DNA from: Patescibacteria group bacterium
Lineage (GTDB): Bacteria > Patescibacteriota > Microgenomatia > 2-02-FULL-39-11
NCBI GenBank assembly: GCA_023379265.1
Contig: JAMCUI010000004.1
Span: 9,273 to 73,272, forward strand
DNA length: 64,000 nt
Direction: 5' to 3'
Shown here: positions 53,305 to 62,902 of the stretch, piece after piece
How positions within the stretch are numbered: position 1 is the stretch's first letter
Layout of the letters: each line of letters opens with the position of its first letter
Made by a program: the position numbers and the translations under genes
The notes under the pieces: model-generated
Databases searched by the model: none
What the model saw: only the letters and a program-made list of their open reading frames with translations
What the model was told of the DNA's origin: nothing

Positions 53305-54113
53305 GATTTCGCCTGACTACCATCTTTATATCTATTTTTACAGTTTCCGTACTCTTCTTTATCCGTGCCGGCTATGTGAAATCTGCCAGCCCTACCCCAA
53401 CTGATGTTTCCCCCAGTCCTAATTCTGATTCTGTCGCTGATACTATCTCTTCTGATTCAGCCAACCTACTTGATAAGCTGAAGAAAATTGAGATATTAAA
53501 AGATAAAATTGCCACCAAAGTCGCCCAGCTTAGAGCCAATGAAAAAGGCGGGGTCACTGGAACAGTCAAATCAATAAGTGATACCACTATTACTGTCAAA
53601 ACCGATAAAGGTGACTTTCCCGTAAGCTATGCCAGTGATGCCACTTTTTACGATCTGACGACATCCGCCCAAGACAACCAAATAAGTATAAAGAAAATCA
53701 GCGTGGGTGATGAAATTACAGCCCTTGGTTATTTTGATGACACCAAATCAACACTTTCTGGGAAGTATATTTACATTGAAACGTCCGGAGTGCATAGCGT
53801 GGGCAAAATTGCAGATATAGACAAATCAAACTATACTGTCACGATAAAAGAACCTGAGGGCAATATCACTGTCGATATTGAAACTTATACTAAAATATAT
53901 TCATATACCCCGGATAAAGGTTTTATAAAAAGCGGATTTTCCAAACTGCAAATAGGAGATATCGCCCAGACTGTCGGCACTCCCAACGCCAAGGAGCAAA
54001 ACCGCATGTCGGCAATAAGGATGATAACTATCTCGTTACCTACGACACAGATAAGCACCACTCCCCAAACAAGTCCTTCACCCACACCCACCCAGACTCC
54101 AAAGAAAAAATAA
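53301..54113 (+). CDS. Exported hypothetical protein with two OB-fold-like repeats
   Basis: Signal/TM, PT-rich ends, repeated G.V..I..T.ITV and I.VGD.I motifs. Confidence 0.7.
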   Translation: MRFRLTTIFISIFTVSVLFFIRAGYVKSASPTPTDVSPSPNSDSVADTISSDSANLLDKLKKIEILKDKIATKVAQLRANEKGGVTGTVKSISDTTITVKTDKGDFPVSYASDATFYDLTTSAQDNQISIKKISVGDEITALGYFDDTKSTLSGKYIYIETSGVHSVGKIADIDKSNYTVTIKEPEGNITVDIETYTKIYSYTPDKGFIKSGFSKLQIGDIAQTVGTPNAKEQNRMSAIRMITISLPTTQISTTPQTSPSPTPTQTPKKK

Positions 54114-54116
54114 CTC

Positions 54117-54932
54117 CTATGGCATTGCCAATAAATTCAATAATTTTCCGTGAAGTACAGGATTGGCAGCCAAAATCCCCGGTGTGAAGGCGTCCCATGC
54201 TCTTCCCTTCTCGTCTGTCACCACTGCCCCTGCCTTTTGCGCCAAAAATGCCGCGGCTGCCACATCCCACGGGTAAAGATGTACATGGTGGTATATATCC
54301 ACTCCACCGCGGGCTAAAAGCGTCAAATCCGTCGCCGCAGAACCCAATATTTTTATCTGCCTCACTTCACCGTAAACTTTATGCAAAAAATCAGTGGTTT
54401 CATCCCTGGTAGACAAAATATGTGACCAATCGGTGCAAACAATTGACTCAGACAGCTCGTTTACGGGTGAAACGTGTATATTTCTGCCATTCCAAAAAGC
54501 ACCGTCTTTACCATCCCTTGCCCAAAACAGCCTGCTTGATATCGGCGCAAAAAGTGCACCCACTATAGGCTTACCTTTTGATACCAAAGCAACGGAAATG
54601 GAAAAATTACTGTCTCCCCGGGCAAAATTGGCCGTCCCGTCCAAAGGGTCCACTACCCACAAATATTCTTCTGAAAGAAGCGGCATAAAATCAGCCGGTG
54701 CCGTCTCTTCCGTAAGAACGGGAATACCCGGATAATTTTTCGAAAGCTCACTCCTTATAAAATTATCTGCGGACAAATCAGCTGCCGTGACAAAATCCAG
54801 TTTCCCCTTCTTGCGGCTTTCAAGATTCTCTGAGTGGAAATACCTGCGCAGTATCTGTCCTGCCCTGGGCAACATATTTTGCAGAAAATTCTCTACGCTG
54901 GGCAAATCGATATCTTTTTCAGGTTTGGTCAT
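54117..54932 (-). CDS. Inositol monophosphatase family protein
   Basis: DFVTAAD, EE, WVVDPLDGTANF, PWDVAAA. Confidence 0.93.
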   Translation of the reverse strand: MTKPEKDIDLPSVENFLQNMLPRAGQILRRYFHSENLESRKKGKLDFVTAADLSADNFIRSELSKNYPGIPVLTEETAPADFMPLLSEEYLWVVDPLDGTANFARGDSNFSISVALVSKGKPIVGALFAPISSRLFWARDGKDGAFWNGRNIHVSPVNELSESIVCTDWSHILSTRDETTDFLHKVYGEVRQIKILGSAATDLTLLARGGVDIYHHVHLYPWDVAAAAFLAQKAGAVVTDEKGRAWDAFTPGILAANPVLHGKLLNLLAMP

Positions 54933-55078
54933 ATACCGTCAATCTTTTCTCTGATAAAATAAAACCTGATTTCATTATAACTTATACTTCTCGCGTTTGA
55001 GACTGCGATCAGTATAAACCTCTCCAAGTTGATTTCCGGGAAATAAATTCGCAAAATCAACGAAGACGATATATCTTT

Positions 55079-56161
55079 ATGAAAGAAAGATTGGACAGGC
55101 TCAGGCGTATTCTCATCGTAGAAAAGCTTGGTGCTCTTTTTGTCACCGATCAGGCAAATGTCACTTATCTTACTGGCTTTGCCGGGCTTTCCCCGCATGA
55201 ACGGGAGGGTTTCCTTTTCGTCACAAAAAAAGATGCATATTTATTGACTTTCCCTACATACTTTGGCCTATATAAAAAGGGTTCAGACAGTTTCAAAACA
55301 GTAAATATTACTCCCGTACATAGACTGACCGACTACCTAAATGAAATTACTCAAGGCCAAAAAATAAAACATGTTGGGGTGGAAAAAGAAAACCTGACAC
55401 TGTCCGAAATGGAATCGCTTAAGGCAAAAACTGAATTTGAATTCCGGGAAACCGCCGGCCTGGTCGAGAAGTTGCGAGAAATAAAGGATGAAGAAGAAAT
55501 CGGTTATATCAGCCAGGCGGCAGCGATAACGGATGACGCTTTTGAGTTTATCAAGACAAAAATAAGAAAAGGCGTTACCGAACACGGATTGGCGCTCGAG
55601 TTGGAATTTTTTATAAAGAAAAAGGCAGACGACATCGCCTTTTCCCCCATCGTGGCGTTTGACGAGAATGCGGCAATCCCACACTATCTTCCAAACAAAA
55701 AACAAATAACAAATAACAATTTAATACTTTTAGATTTTGGAGCTAAGATACACGGTTATTGCTCTGACATGACACGAGTAGTCTTTTGGGGAAGTCCCAA
55801 AAACGATAAAATAGTCACAATTTTCCAAACAGTTCTTTCAGCGCAAGAGGCGGTTATGTCGCATCTGAGAATCGGTAAAACTGGCCATGAAATAGATATC
55901 ATTGCCAAAGAGATAATAAAAAATGCCGGATTTCCCGAGTATTTGCACGGATTGGGACACGGAGTGGGATTAAACATCCATGAAGCCCCCAGGCTGAAAA
56001 AGGACAGTCCTGACATTATGACAAAAAACATGGTCGTGACTGTGGAACCGGGCATTTATATAGAAGGCTTTGCTGGCACAAGAATTGAAGATTTGGTAGT
56101 ATTAAAGGAAGACGGAATTGAAATATTGTCCAAGTCGGATAAAACGTTACAGATAATATGA
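55079..56161 (+). CDS. Xaa-Pro peptidase (M24B)
   Basis: YLTGF, LDFGA...YCSDMTR, HGLGHGVGLNIHE, TVEPGIY, RIED. Confidence 0.93.
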   Translation: MKERLDRLRRILIVEKLGALFVTDQANVTYLTGFAGLSPHEREGFLFVTKKDAYLLTFPTYFGLYKKGSDSFKTVNITPVHRLTDYLNEITQGQKIKHVGVEKENLTLSEMESLKAKTEFEFRETAGLVEKLREIKDEEEIGYISQAAAITDDAFEFIKTKIRKGVTEHGLALELEFFIKKKADDIAFSPIVAFDENAAIPHYLPNKKQITNNNLILLDFGAKIHGYCSDMTRVVFWGSPKNDKIVTIFQTVLSAQEAVMSHLRIGKTGHEIDIIAKEIIKNAGFPEYLHGLGHGVGLNIHEAPRLKKDSPDIMTKNMVVTVEPGIYIEGFAGTRIEDLVVLKEDGIEILSKSDKTLQII

Positions 56162-57366
56162 TTACTCCACAGACATTAAAAGGCTTCCGTGACTTTCTGC
56201 CTGAGGAAGCGATGAAACGCCAGTATGTCATCGATATCATAAGGCGCACTTTTGAGCTTTACGGTTTTGAACCGGTAGAGACTCCGGCTATAGAATATAT
56301 TGAGGTCTTTACGGGCAACATCGGCGAAGATGAGAAGCTTTTTTACCGGTTTACAGACACTGGAGGACGCAAAGTGGCTCTTCGCTACGACCAGACTGTT
56401 CCTACCTGCCGGCTTATTGCCCAGTATCCTGATAAAATCACTTTGCCTTTCAAAAGATACCAAATACAGACTGTCTGGCGTTCCGAGAAACCGCAAAAAG
56501 GCAGATCCCGAGAATTTCTACAGTGTGATGCCGATATTTTTGGAATTGATGACCGCACAGCAGACGCTGAAACAGTGGCTTTGACAATAGATATTTATAA
56601 GAATCTGGGATTTAAGAAACCCATCGCTGTCATAAATGACCGGGATTTGTATGCTGGCATACCGTACAAAGCAATCGTGGCAATAGATAAACTTGAAAAA
56701 ATCGGCGAAGAAGGAGTAATTAGCGAACTGGAAAATAAAGGTTACACAAAAGATGATGCCGTCAAAATCTTAAATTCCGTAAAAAATAATCAGCCCAACG
56801 AGCGCCTCAATCAGATATTCAGATATCTTGATAATTACGGAATGAAAGACAATTACCGTTTCCAGCCCACGCTTGCTCGCTCATTTTCCTATTCTAACGG
56901 GACTATCTGGGAAATTATAGTTGAAGAATTTGACGCCGGATCCTTGTGTGGCTGTGAACGTTTTGACAGCTTAGTTTCAAGGTTTTCCAAGAAATCAGTT
57001 CCGGGAGTAGGTTTTGCCGTAGGATTTGACCGTACAGTCCTTGCTATGGAGGAAATGGGGCTTCTGCCCGCCATAAAAACCAGATCAAAAGTACTCGTCA
57101 CGGTATTTTCCAAAGACCTTTTGCCTTCATCCCAAAATTTTGCTAAAAAATTAAGATCGGCCGGCATAAATACCGATTTATTTTCCGACCCCAACACCAG
57201 ACTGGATAAGCAACTCAAACACGCAGATAAAAAAGGAGTGCAGTTTGTAGCTATCATAGGACCTGATGAGGCAAAAGAAAACAAAGTCACAGTCAAAAAC
57301 CTGCCAACGCGTGAGCAGAAAACGCTTTCACCATCCGATGCCATCACTTTTATACAAAAGTCATAA
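56158..57366 (+). CDS. hisS: Histidine--tRNA ligase
   Basis: KGFRDFLP, LRYDQTVP, WRSEKPQKGRSREF.QCD.D, GFAVGFDR, anticodon domain. Confidence 0.95.
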   Translation: MITPQTLKGFRDFLPEEAMKRQYVIDIIRRTFELYGFEPVETPAIEYIEVFTGNIGEDEKLFYRFTDTGGRKVALRYDQTVPTCRLIAQYPDKITLPFKRYQIQTVWRSEKPQKGRSREFLQCDADIFGIDDRTADAETVALTIDIYKNLGFKKPIAVINDRDLYAGIPYKAIVAIDKLEKIGEEGVISELENKGYTKDDAVKILNSVKNNQPNERLNQIFRYLDNYGMKDNYRFQPTLARSFSYSNGTIWEIIVEEFDAGSLCGCERFDSLVSRFSKKSVPGVGFAVGFDRTVLAMEEMGLLPAIKTRSKVLVTVFSKDLLPSSQNFAKKLRSAGINTDLFSDPNTRLDKQLKHADKKGVQFVAIIGPDEAKENKVTVKNLPTREQKTLSPSDAITFIQKS

Positions 57367-57406
57367 TATGCTTTATGACTTCTCTAAAACCGTCCAAACA
57401 AAGACA

Positions 57407-58324
57407 ATGCAGAAAATCTTATCCAAAAGTCATAATAGGGCGATCCTTGCTCTTATTGTCGCCAACAGTATCTGGGGTGCCGCCTCTCCTATATTCAAAC
57501 TGGCTCTTGAAAATATCCCGCCTTTTACCCTTGCTTTTTTCCGTTTTTTCGGCGCCATGGCAATCATTTTCCCTTTTGCCGTAAACGACTTCTGGATAAG
57601 GAAAAAAGACTGGCCCAACCTCATCTTCCTTTCCCTTTGCGGCATCACGGTAAACATCACTTTCTTCTTCTGGGGACTGCAGGAGGCTCCGGCTATAAAT
57701 GCGCCGATTATAGCTTCCTCTGGACCAGTATTTATATACCTTTTTGCAGTATTGTTTCTCAAAGAAAAACTCCACCCCAAAGTATTATCAGGAATAATGG
57801 TTGGCCTTACCGGAGTTCTAGCTATCGTCCTGCAACCAGTATTTACCCATGAGCCTGACGGGCGGATCCTGGGAAACATTTTCTTCGTCATTGCCACTCT
57901 GGGTACAGTAGGATATGTCATTTTCAGCAAAAAAATTGTGAAGTATTATAATGCTGCCACGCTCACTTTCTGGTCGTTTCTTATCGGCAGCCTGACGTTT
58001 TTACCCATGTTTATATGGGAAATGAGAAACCTCCATCCCTTTTACACGATCGATTACCGCGGTTGGATTGGCCTGGCCTTTGGCATATTCCTCTCCTCCG
58101 CTTTAGCTTATTTCCTTTATGAATGGAGTATAAAAAGTCTCCTAGCCCAGGACGTGGGAATATTTACATATATCGATCCGGTTGTGGCGGCAATTATTGC
58201 GGTACCACTATTGGGAGAAGTCATCACACCAATTTACCTCCTGGGATCATTTCTTGTCTTTGCCGGCATCTATGTAGCCGGGGGCCGTCTGCACTGGCAC
58301 CCGATACATTGGTTAAAGAGGTGA
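57407..58324 (+). CDS. DMT/EamA family transporter
   Basis: IWG, PPFTLAFFRF, two EamA repeats, YIDPV; start may be 57368. Confidence 0.9.
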   Translation: MQKILSKSHNRAILALIVANSIWGAASPIFKLALENIPPFTLAFFRFFGAMAIIFPFAVNDFWIRKKDWPNLIFLSLCGITVNITFFFWGLQEAPAINAPIIASSGPVFIYLFAVLFLKEKLHPKVLSGIMVGLTGVLAIVLQPVFTHEPDGRILGNIFFVIATLGTVGYVIFSKKIVKYYNAATLTFWSFLIGSLTFLPMFIWEMRNLHPFYTIDYRGWIGLAFGIFLSSALAYFLYEWSIKSLLAQDVGIFTYIDPVVAAIIAVPLLGEVITPIYLLGSFLVFAGIYVAGGRLHWHPIHWLKR

Positions 58325-58464
58325 CTTCTGCTGCACTGGCACCCGATACATTGGTTAAAGAGGTGACTTCTGCTGCACTGGCACCCGATACATTGGTTAA
58401 AGAGGTGACTTCTGCTGCACTGGCACCCGATACATTGGTTAAAGAGGTGACTTCTGCTGCACTG
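58289..58464. repeat. Tandem repeat, 42-bp unit x4.2, containing the EamA gene 3' end
   Basis: CTGCACTG at 58289, 58331, 58373, 58415, 58457. Confidence 0.97.
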
Positions 58465-58507
58465 TGGCCCCACTTCATAAGTTTGTTGGATAACTGAAAT
58501 AAATTGA

Positions 58508-58717
58508 GCCGGAATGGTGGAATTCTGCTTTACTTCACAGCCTAATCGGCCGGAATGGTGGAAACCGGCCGATTGACTCGGTAAAAGCTAATCACCAACC
58601 TCTGATTTACAACGTTCGGGAACTGGCCGGAATGGTGGAAACCGGCCGATTGACTCGGTAAAAGCTAATCACCAACCTCTGATTTACAACGTTCGGGAAC
58701 TGGCCGGAATGGTGGAA
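58508..58717 (+). repeat. Four tRNA-Leu-like 5' stubs (GCCGGAATGGTGGAA); last three in a 77-bp tandem repeat
   Basis: Stubs at 58508, 58549, 58626, 58703; first stub 15/17 identical to the tRNA-Leu 5' end at 50089. Confidence 0.8.
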
Positions 58718-58756
58718 GCAGGCTCGATTGCTACTCTTCCCTTCCTGCAAAATAAA

Positions 58757-58765
58757 TGGTATAAT
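58757..58765 (+). promoter_or_regulatory. Extended -10 promoter of rpmE
   Basis: TGGTATAAT, 8 nt before ATG, no SD. Confidence 0.6.
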
Positions 58766-58773
58766 CTACTTTT

Positions 58774-59082
58774 ATGAAAGCTAGTATACATCCTAAATGG
58801 TATCCTGATGCCACAGTCGTTTGTGCCTGCGGTAATACTTTTACTGTAGGTTCAACCAAACAAGCTGTCAGGGTCGAAATCTGCCATAAATGCCATCCTT
58901 TCTTTACAGGAGAGATGAAGTATGTCGATACCATGGGAAGGGTGGAAAAATTCCAGGCCAAGCAAAAACAGGCACAAGCTCAAATAGCCGTACTCGCTGC
59001 CAAAAAGAAAAAGAAACTGGAAAAACAAGCCCAGGAAAGAACCCCAAAAACTCTGCGGGAAATGCTGTTGGGAAATGGTTAG
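58774..59082 (+). CDS. rpmE: 50S ribosomal protein L31 (Zn-binding type, C-terminal extension)
   Basis: [30 protein letters not shown]. Confidence 0.95.
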   Translation: MKASIHPKWYPDATVVCACGNTFTVGSTKQAVRVEICHKCHPFFTGEMKYVDTMGRVEKFQAKQKQAQAQIAVLAAKKKKKLEKQAQERTPKTLREMLLGNG

Positions 59083-59085
59083 ATT

Positions 59086-59175
59086 CGTATTAAATTATTA
59101 GGTATTACGTATTAAGTATTGAATTAAGAGATAATTTTCCAAATACTTAATACTTGATACGTAATACTTAATACG
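59086..59175. repeat. Inverted pair of heptamer (GTATTAA-like) repeat tracts
   Basis: 59086-59120 is approximately the reverse complement of 59142-59175. Confidence 0.75.
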
Positions 59176-59248
59176 ATTTTTTTATTTATGATGTTGCAAT
59201 AATTGAAAGTTGGAGGAGCAGCAGTAGATACAAAAGTTAATTTTACTC

Positions 59249-59626
59249 ACGGATTATGAATAATGATATTGTTATATTAGAAATCCATGGGGCAACAGCT
59301 GACTCGGTCATTTTAGAAATCCATGGGGCAACAGCAGATATGTTAGTATAATTGTTTAACGGATTATGAATACTGACTCGGTCATTTTAGAAATCCATGG
59401 GGCAACAGCTGACTCGGTCATTTTAGAAATCCATGGGGCAACAGCTGACTCGGTCATTTTAGAAATCCATGGGGCAACAGCTGACTCGGTCATTTTAGAA
59501 ATCCATGGGGCAACAGCAGATATGTTAGTATAATTGTTTAACGGATTATGAATACTGACTCGGTCATTTTAGAAATCCATGGGGCAACAGCTGACTCGGT
59601 CATTTTAGAAATCCATGGGGCAACAG
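59249..59626. repeat. Compound tandem repeat (74-bp unit with nested 36-bp unit) of the prfA start region
   Basis: TTAGAAATCCATGGGGCAACAG at 59277, 59313, 59387, 59423, 59459, 59495, 59569, 59605; ACGGATTATGAATA at 59249, 59359, 59541. Confidence 0.97.
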
Positions 59627-60285
59627 GTGGTGATGAAGCCAATATATGGGCTGCTGACCTCTTACGCATGTATATGCGTTTTGCCGCTTCCCGCAGCTGG
59701 AAGGTAGATTATCTGGACGGGGAAGTAATAAGAATAAAAGGCCCGCAGGCCTATACCCTTCTTCAGTTTGAAGGAGGAGTACATAGAGTACAAAGAATCC
59801 CCAAGACAGAAAGATATGGCAGAATTCATACTTCAACAGCCACAGTAGCGGTCTTACCGGAAATTGAAGAGACTCAAATTTATATAAACCCGCAGGATAT
59901 AGAATGGGACTTTTTCCGAAGCGGCGGACATGGCGGACAAAATGTCAACAAGGTCGCAACAGCAGTAAGGCTCAGACATAAACCTACTGGAATTGTGGTT
60001 TCTGCCCAAAGGGAGAGAAATCAGGAACAGAACCGCCGGATTGCCATGGGACTTCTTCGTTCCAAACTTTGGGAGATTGAAGAAGAGAAAAAAATGCAAA
60101 CACTGTCAAGCGCCAGATCCCTTATCGGCCGGGGTATGAGGGCTGAAAAAATAAGAACCTATAATTTTCCCCAAAACAGGGTAACTGATCACCGCATAAA
60201 CAAAAGCTGGCATAACCTGGAAGATATAGTCGAAGGGAAACTGGACAAGATGCTTTCTACTCTGTCTGAAGCCGCAAACCAATAA
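59548..60285 (+). CDS. prfA: Peptide chain release factor 1, lacking N-terminal domain 1
   Basis: [15 protein letters not shown] (PxT), [27 protein letters not shown]; follows rpmE. Confidence 0.88.
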   Translation: MNTDSVILEIHGATADSVILEIHGATGGDEANIWAADLLRMYMRFAASRSWKVDYLDGEVIRIKGPQAYTLLQFEGGVHRVQRIPKTERYGRIHTSTATVAVLPEIEETQIYINPQDIEWDFFRSGGHGGQNVNKVATAVRLRHKPTGIVVSAQRERNQEQNRRIAMGLLRSKLWEIEEEKKMQTLSSARSLIGRGMRAEKIRTYNFPQNRVTDHRINKSWHNLEDIVEGKLDKMLSTLSEAANQ

Positions 60286-60332
60286 ATTTTTACTTTTATG
60301 CCATACCAATCCTACAGATTAATTTTACGGTT

Positions 60333-61523
60333 CTATTGCTGACTACCGTCGTTACTTCCCAATATCACATTAAAAGTTTTAGTATTATTATTTCGCCATA
60401 CCTCAACACTCAGGCTATCCCCTACTTTCTTGCCGGAAATGATAGTTGCTAAATCATTATTATCACTGGACCTAAGCCTTTTGCCATCCACTTTGGTTAT
60501 AATATCTCCTTTTTGCAAACCTGCAGTGTCTGCTGGTGACCCGACCACTACATTTTCTACATATGCGCCTTCAGGTACGTCGTTTAGAAGCGCCAGATCG
60601 CGAGTTATCATCTTATAGCGTACGCCCAGAAAAGGCCGTTGGAATTTACCACCGCTTTTATTGAACTGATCGAGTGCGTCTTTAATCACATCGATTGGAA
60701 TGGCAAACCCGATATTCTGTCCCGATTGGGAAACGGCCGTGTTTATACCAATTACCTGGCCACTGGAATTTAAGAGCGGTCCGCCGGAGTTTCCAGGATT
60801 TATTGCCGCATCAGTCTGTATCACATTATCCAGTCTCTCCACATAACCTTCATACGGACTACCGGCAGTAATTCCTCTACCTAATCCTGAAATGACACCG
60901 GTTGTAACAGTATTTCTAAATTCTCCTAAAGCAGTCCCGATTGCAATGGCCATCTGCCCCACTTTCAGTTTCGAGGAATCCCCCATGGCTACCGGTTTTA
61001 ATCCGCTAGCGTTGATCTTGAGAATCGCCAGATCGTTGGCCGGATCACGGTAGATATTTTGCACTTCATATGTTTTGTCGTCTTTGGTGATCACTTTATA
61101 CTTGGCAGTAGTGTCTGAAACCACATGTTTATTGGTTACGATCATTCCATCTTGATCTACTATAAAACCTGATCCTATATCCTGTTGTTGCTGTTGGCTC
61201 TGGCCCTGGCTGCCGCCTGAAGGCGGCAACTGCTGATCCCCAAAAAAGCCAAAAGGGTCAAAAGGATTTAAGTCATATAAGCCGCTTGAGCCTTGTGTGG
61301 TGACGATGGAGACTGTCACCACCGATGGCGAAACTTTATCCACCACATCCGTCACTACCGACTCTTCGCTGACAATTTTGATTTTTTCGGCAGGTTGCGA
61401 GTTTGATGAATTTTGTGGCAAAAGTTGACCCAATTTACTCAATTGCAGCTGCCACTGTCCGTTTGCCGCACCATATGCTAGAAGTACAATAATCAACAAC
61501 ACTAACAGAATTATTCTTTTCAT
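60333..61523 (-). CDS. htrA: HtrA/DegP-family serine protease with PDZ domain
   Basis: GSGFI, TNKHVV, DLA, QTDAAINPGNSGGPL, PDZ. Confidence 0.93.
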   Translation of the reverse strand: MKRIILLVLLIIVLLAYGAANGQWQLQLSKLGQLLPQNSSNSQPAEKIKIVSEESVVTDVVDKVSPSVVTVSIVTTQGSSGLYDLNPFDPFGFFGDQQLPPSGGSQGQSQQQQQDIGSGFIVDQDGMIVTNKHVVSDTTAKYKVITKDDKTYEVQNIYRDPANDLAILKINASGLKPVAMGDSSKLKVGQMAIAIGTALGEFRNTVTTGVISGLGRGITAGSPYEGYVERLDNVIQTDAAINPGNSGGPLLNSSGQVIGINTAVSQSGQNIGFAIPIDVIKDALDQFNKSGGKFQRPFLGVRYKMITRDLALLNDVPEGAYVENVVVGSPADTAGLQKGDIITKVDGKRLRSSDNNDLATIISGKKVGDSLSVEVWRNNNTKTFNVILGSNDGSQQ

Positions 61524-61579
61524 AAATAAATATTTTAAGAGGAATGAAAATTTATTTCAATATATATCCGGAAATAAAT

Positions 61580-62902
61580 TTACTTGACCAAGGTTTCTAC
61601 TGCTTTTTGCAGTTGCAGATCCTCGTCAGGCTTAGTATCGTCATTTGCCACTTTGACATCGGGATCAATCCCTGTACCGTTTATCCATTTACCCGACGGC
61701 AGTAGCCACTTGGCAACTGTAATATGTATTCCTGCGCCTCCGGGCAAATCCTGCGCTTCCTGCACGCTACCTTTGCCAAAAGATGTCTCACCAACCAGTC
61801 TTGCCCTTCCTCTCTCATGGAGAGCTCCGGCTACAATCTCAGCGGCTGAAGCCGTACCTTTATTTATGAGAACAACCATAGGAATAGACAAAAGTGCGCC
61901 TTTCCTGTTGACATTGTAAGTTTCCTTTCCGCCTGTAGTTGATTCCTGTACTACAACAGTACCGTCCTTAAGAAACTCTGATGCGATAAATACCGAACCT
62001 GAAAGATAACCTCCGGGATTGTCGCGAAGATCAAGGACAAGACCTTTAATCCTGCCCTGCCGCCTGTCCTTTTGCATCTCCTGGTTTATTTCTGATACGG
62101 CCTTATTCCATTCGTCTGACGTCTGGTCCCCGAAACGGCTGAGTTTCAGGTAAACCACCTCATCGCATGTTGGGCAGTTCGTCTGTACAATAGCGCATGT
62201 GTTTGCTGAGGAACAGTTGGCGTAAACTGTATTCCAATCGACCGATGACACGGTTATGGTATCGCGGACTACCTTGATGTCCACCGGTACTGCAGTATTT
62301 TTGTGAAGCACCGTCAATGTAACACTTGTACCTTTTGGCCCGCGTATTTTGGTTACAGCCTCAGGCAATGTCCAATCTGCAGTATCTTTACCATCCACCT
62401 TCACTATTACATCCCCTGACTTTATCCCAGCTTTTACCGCTGGAGCACCTTTAAGGGGAGCTACCACAACAATCTTTTTATCCTGCATACCAAGCTGTAT
62501 GCCAACCCCTTCAAGCTTACCTCCCAAATCATCTTTAGCTTCCTGATTTTGCGCAGGCGCAAGAAAGACTGTATAAGGGTCACCCAGCGAATTCACCATC
62601 CCGGATATTGCCCCATACACCATTTTCTGAGGATCAATCTTTGTTTTATCGACATAATAGCGGTTTAGCCTGTCCCAGACGTTCCAGAAAAGGGAAAAAT
62701 CCACACTGACAGGCTTATTGGGAGACCGGCCGGCAATCTGCGAGACGGGGATAATATTATTTTGGCCTGTTGCGTTTACTCCAGCATTGTAGCCCAATCC
62801 GAATGCAATCACTAGAAAAGCTATTCCAAGTATCAGGTTACGGATTGTCCTTAGCGAAAACGGTGGATTTTTTTTAGAATGGTTCACTACAATTTTATTC
62901 AT
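61580..62902 (-). CDS. ctpA: S41 C-terminal processing protease
   Basis: GDPYT, PDZ, LDLRDNPGG, ASAAEI, GKGSVQ. Confidence 0.92.
   Translation of the reverse strand: MNKIVVNHSKKNPPFSLRTIRNLILGIAFLVIAFGLGYNAGVNATGQNNIIPVSQIAGRSPNKPVSVDFSLFWNVWDRLNRYYVDKTKIDPQKMVYGAISGMVNSLGDPYTVFLAPAQNQEAKDDLGGKLEGVGIQLGMQDKKIVVVAPLKGAPAVKAGIKSGDVIVKVDGKDTADWTLPEAVTKIRGPKGTSVTLTVLHKNTAVPVDIKVVRDTITVSSVDWNTVYANCSSANTCAIVQTNCPTCDEVVYLKLSRFGDQTSDEWNKAVSEINQEMQKDRRQGRIKGLVLDLRDNPGGYLSGSVFIASEFLKDGTVVVQESTTGGKETYNVNRKGALLSIPMVVLINKGTASAAEIVAGALHERGRARLVGETSFGKGSVQEAQDLPGGAGIHITVAKWLLPSGKWINGTGIDPDVKVANDDTKPDEDLQLQKAVETLVK

Noticed and set aside
58123-58497. Repeat-peptide ORFs (SAALAPDTLVKEVT and antisense frames)
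   Set aside because: Open only because the 42-bp unit is a multiple of three; by-products of the duplication.
50306-59626. Tandem repeats as CRISPR arrays
   Set aside because: Units are contiguous copies of gene ends with no unique spacers; no cas genes in the window.
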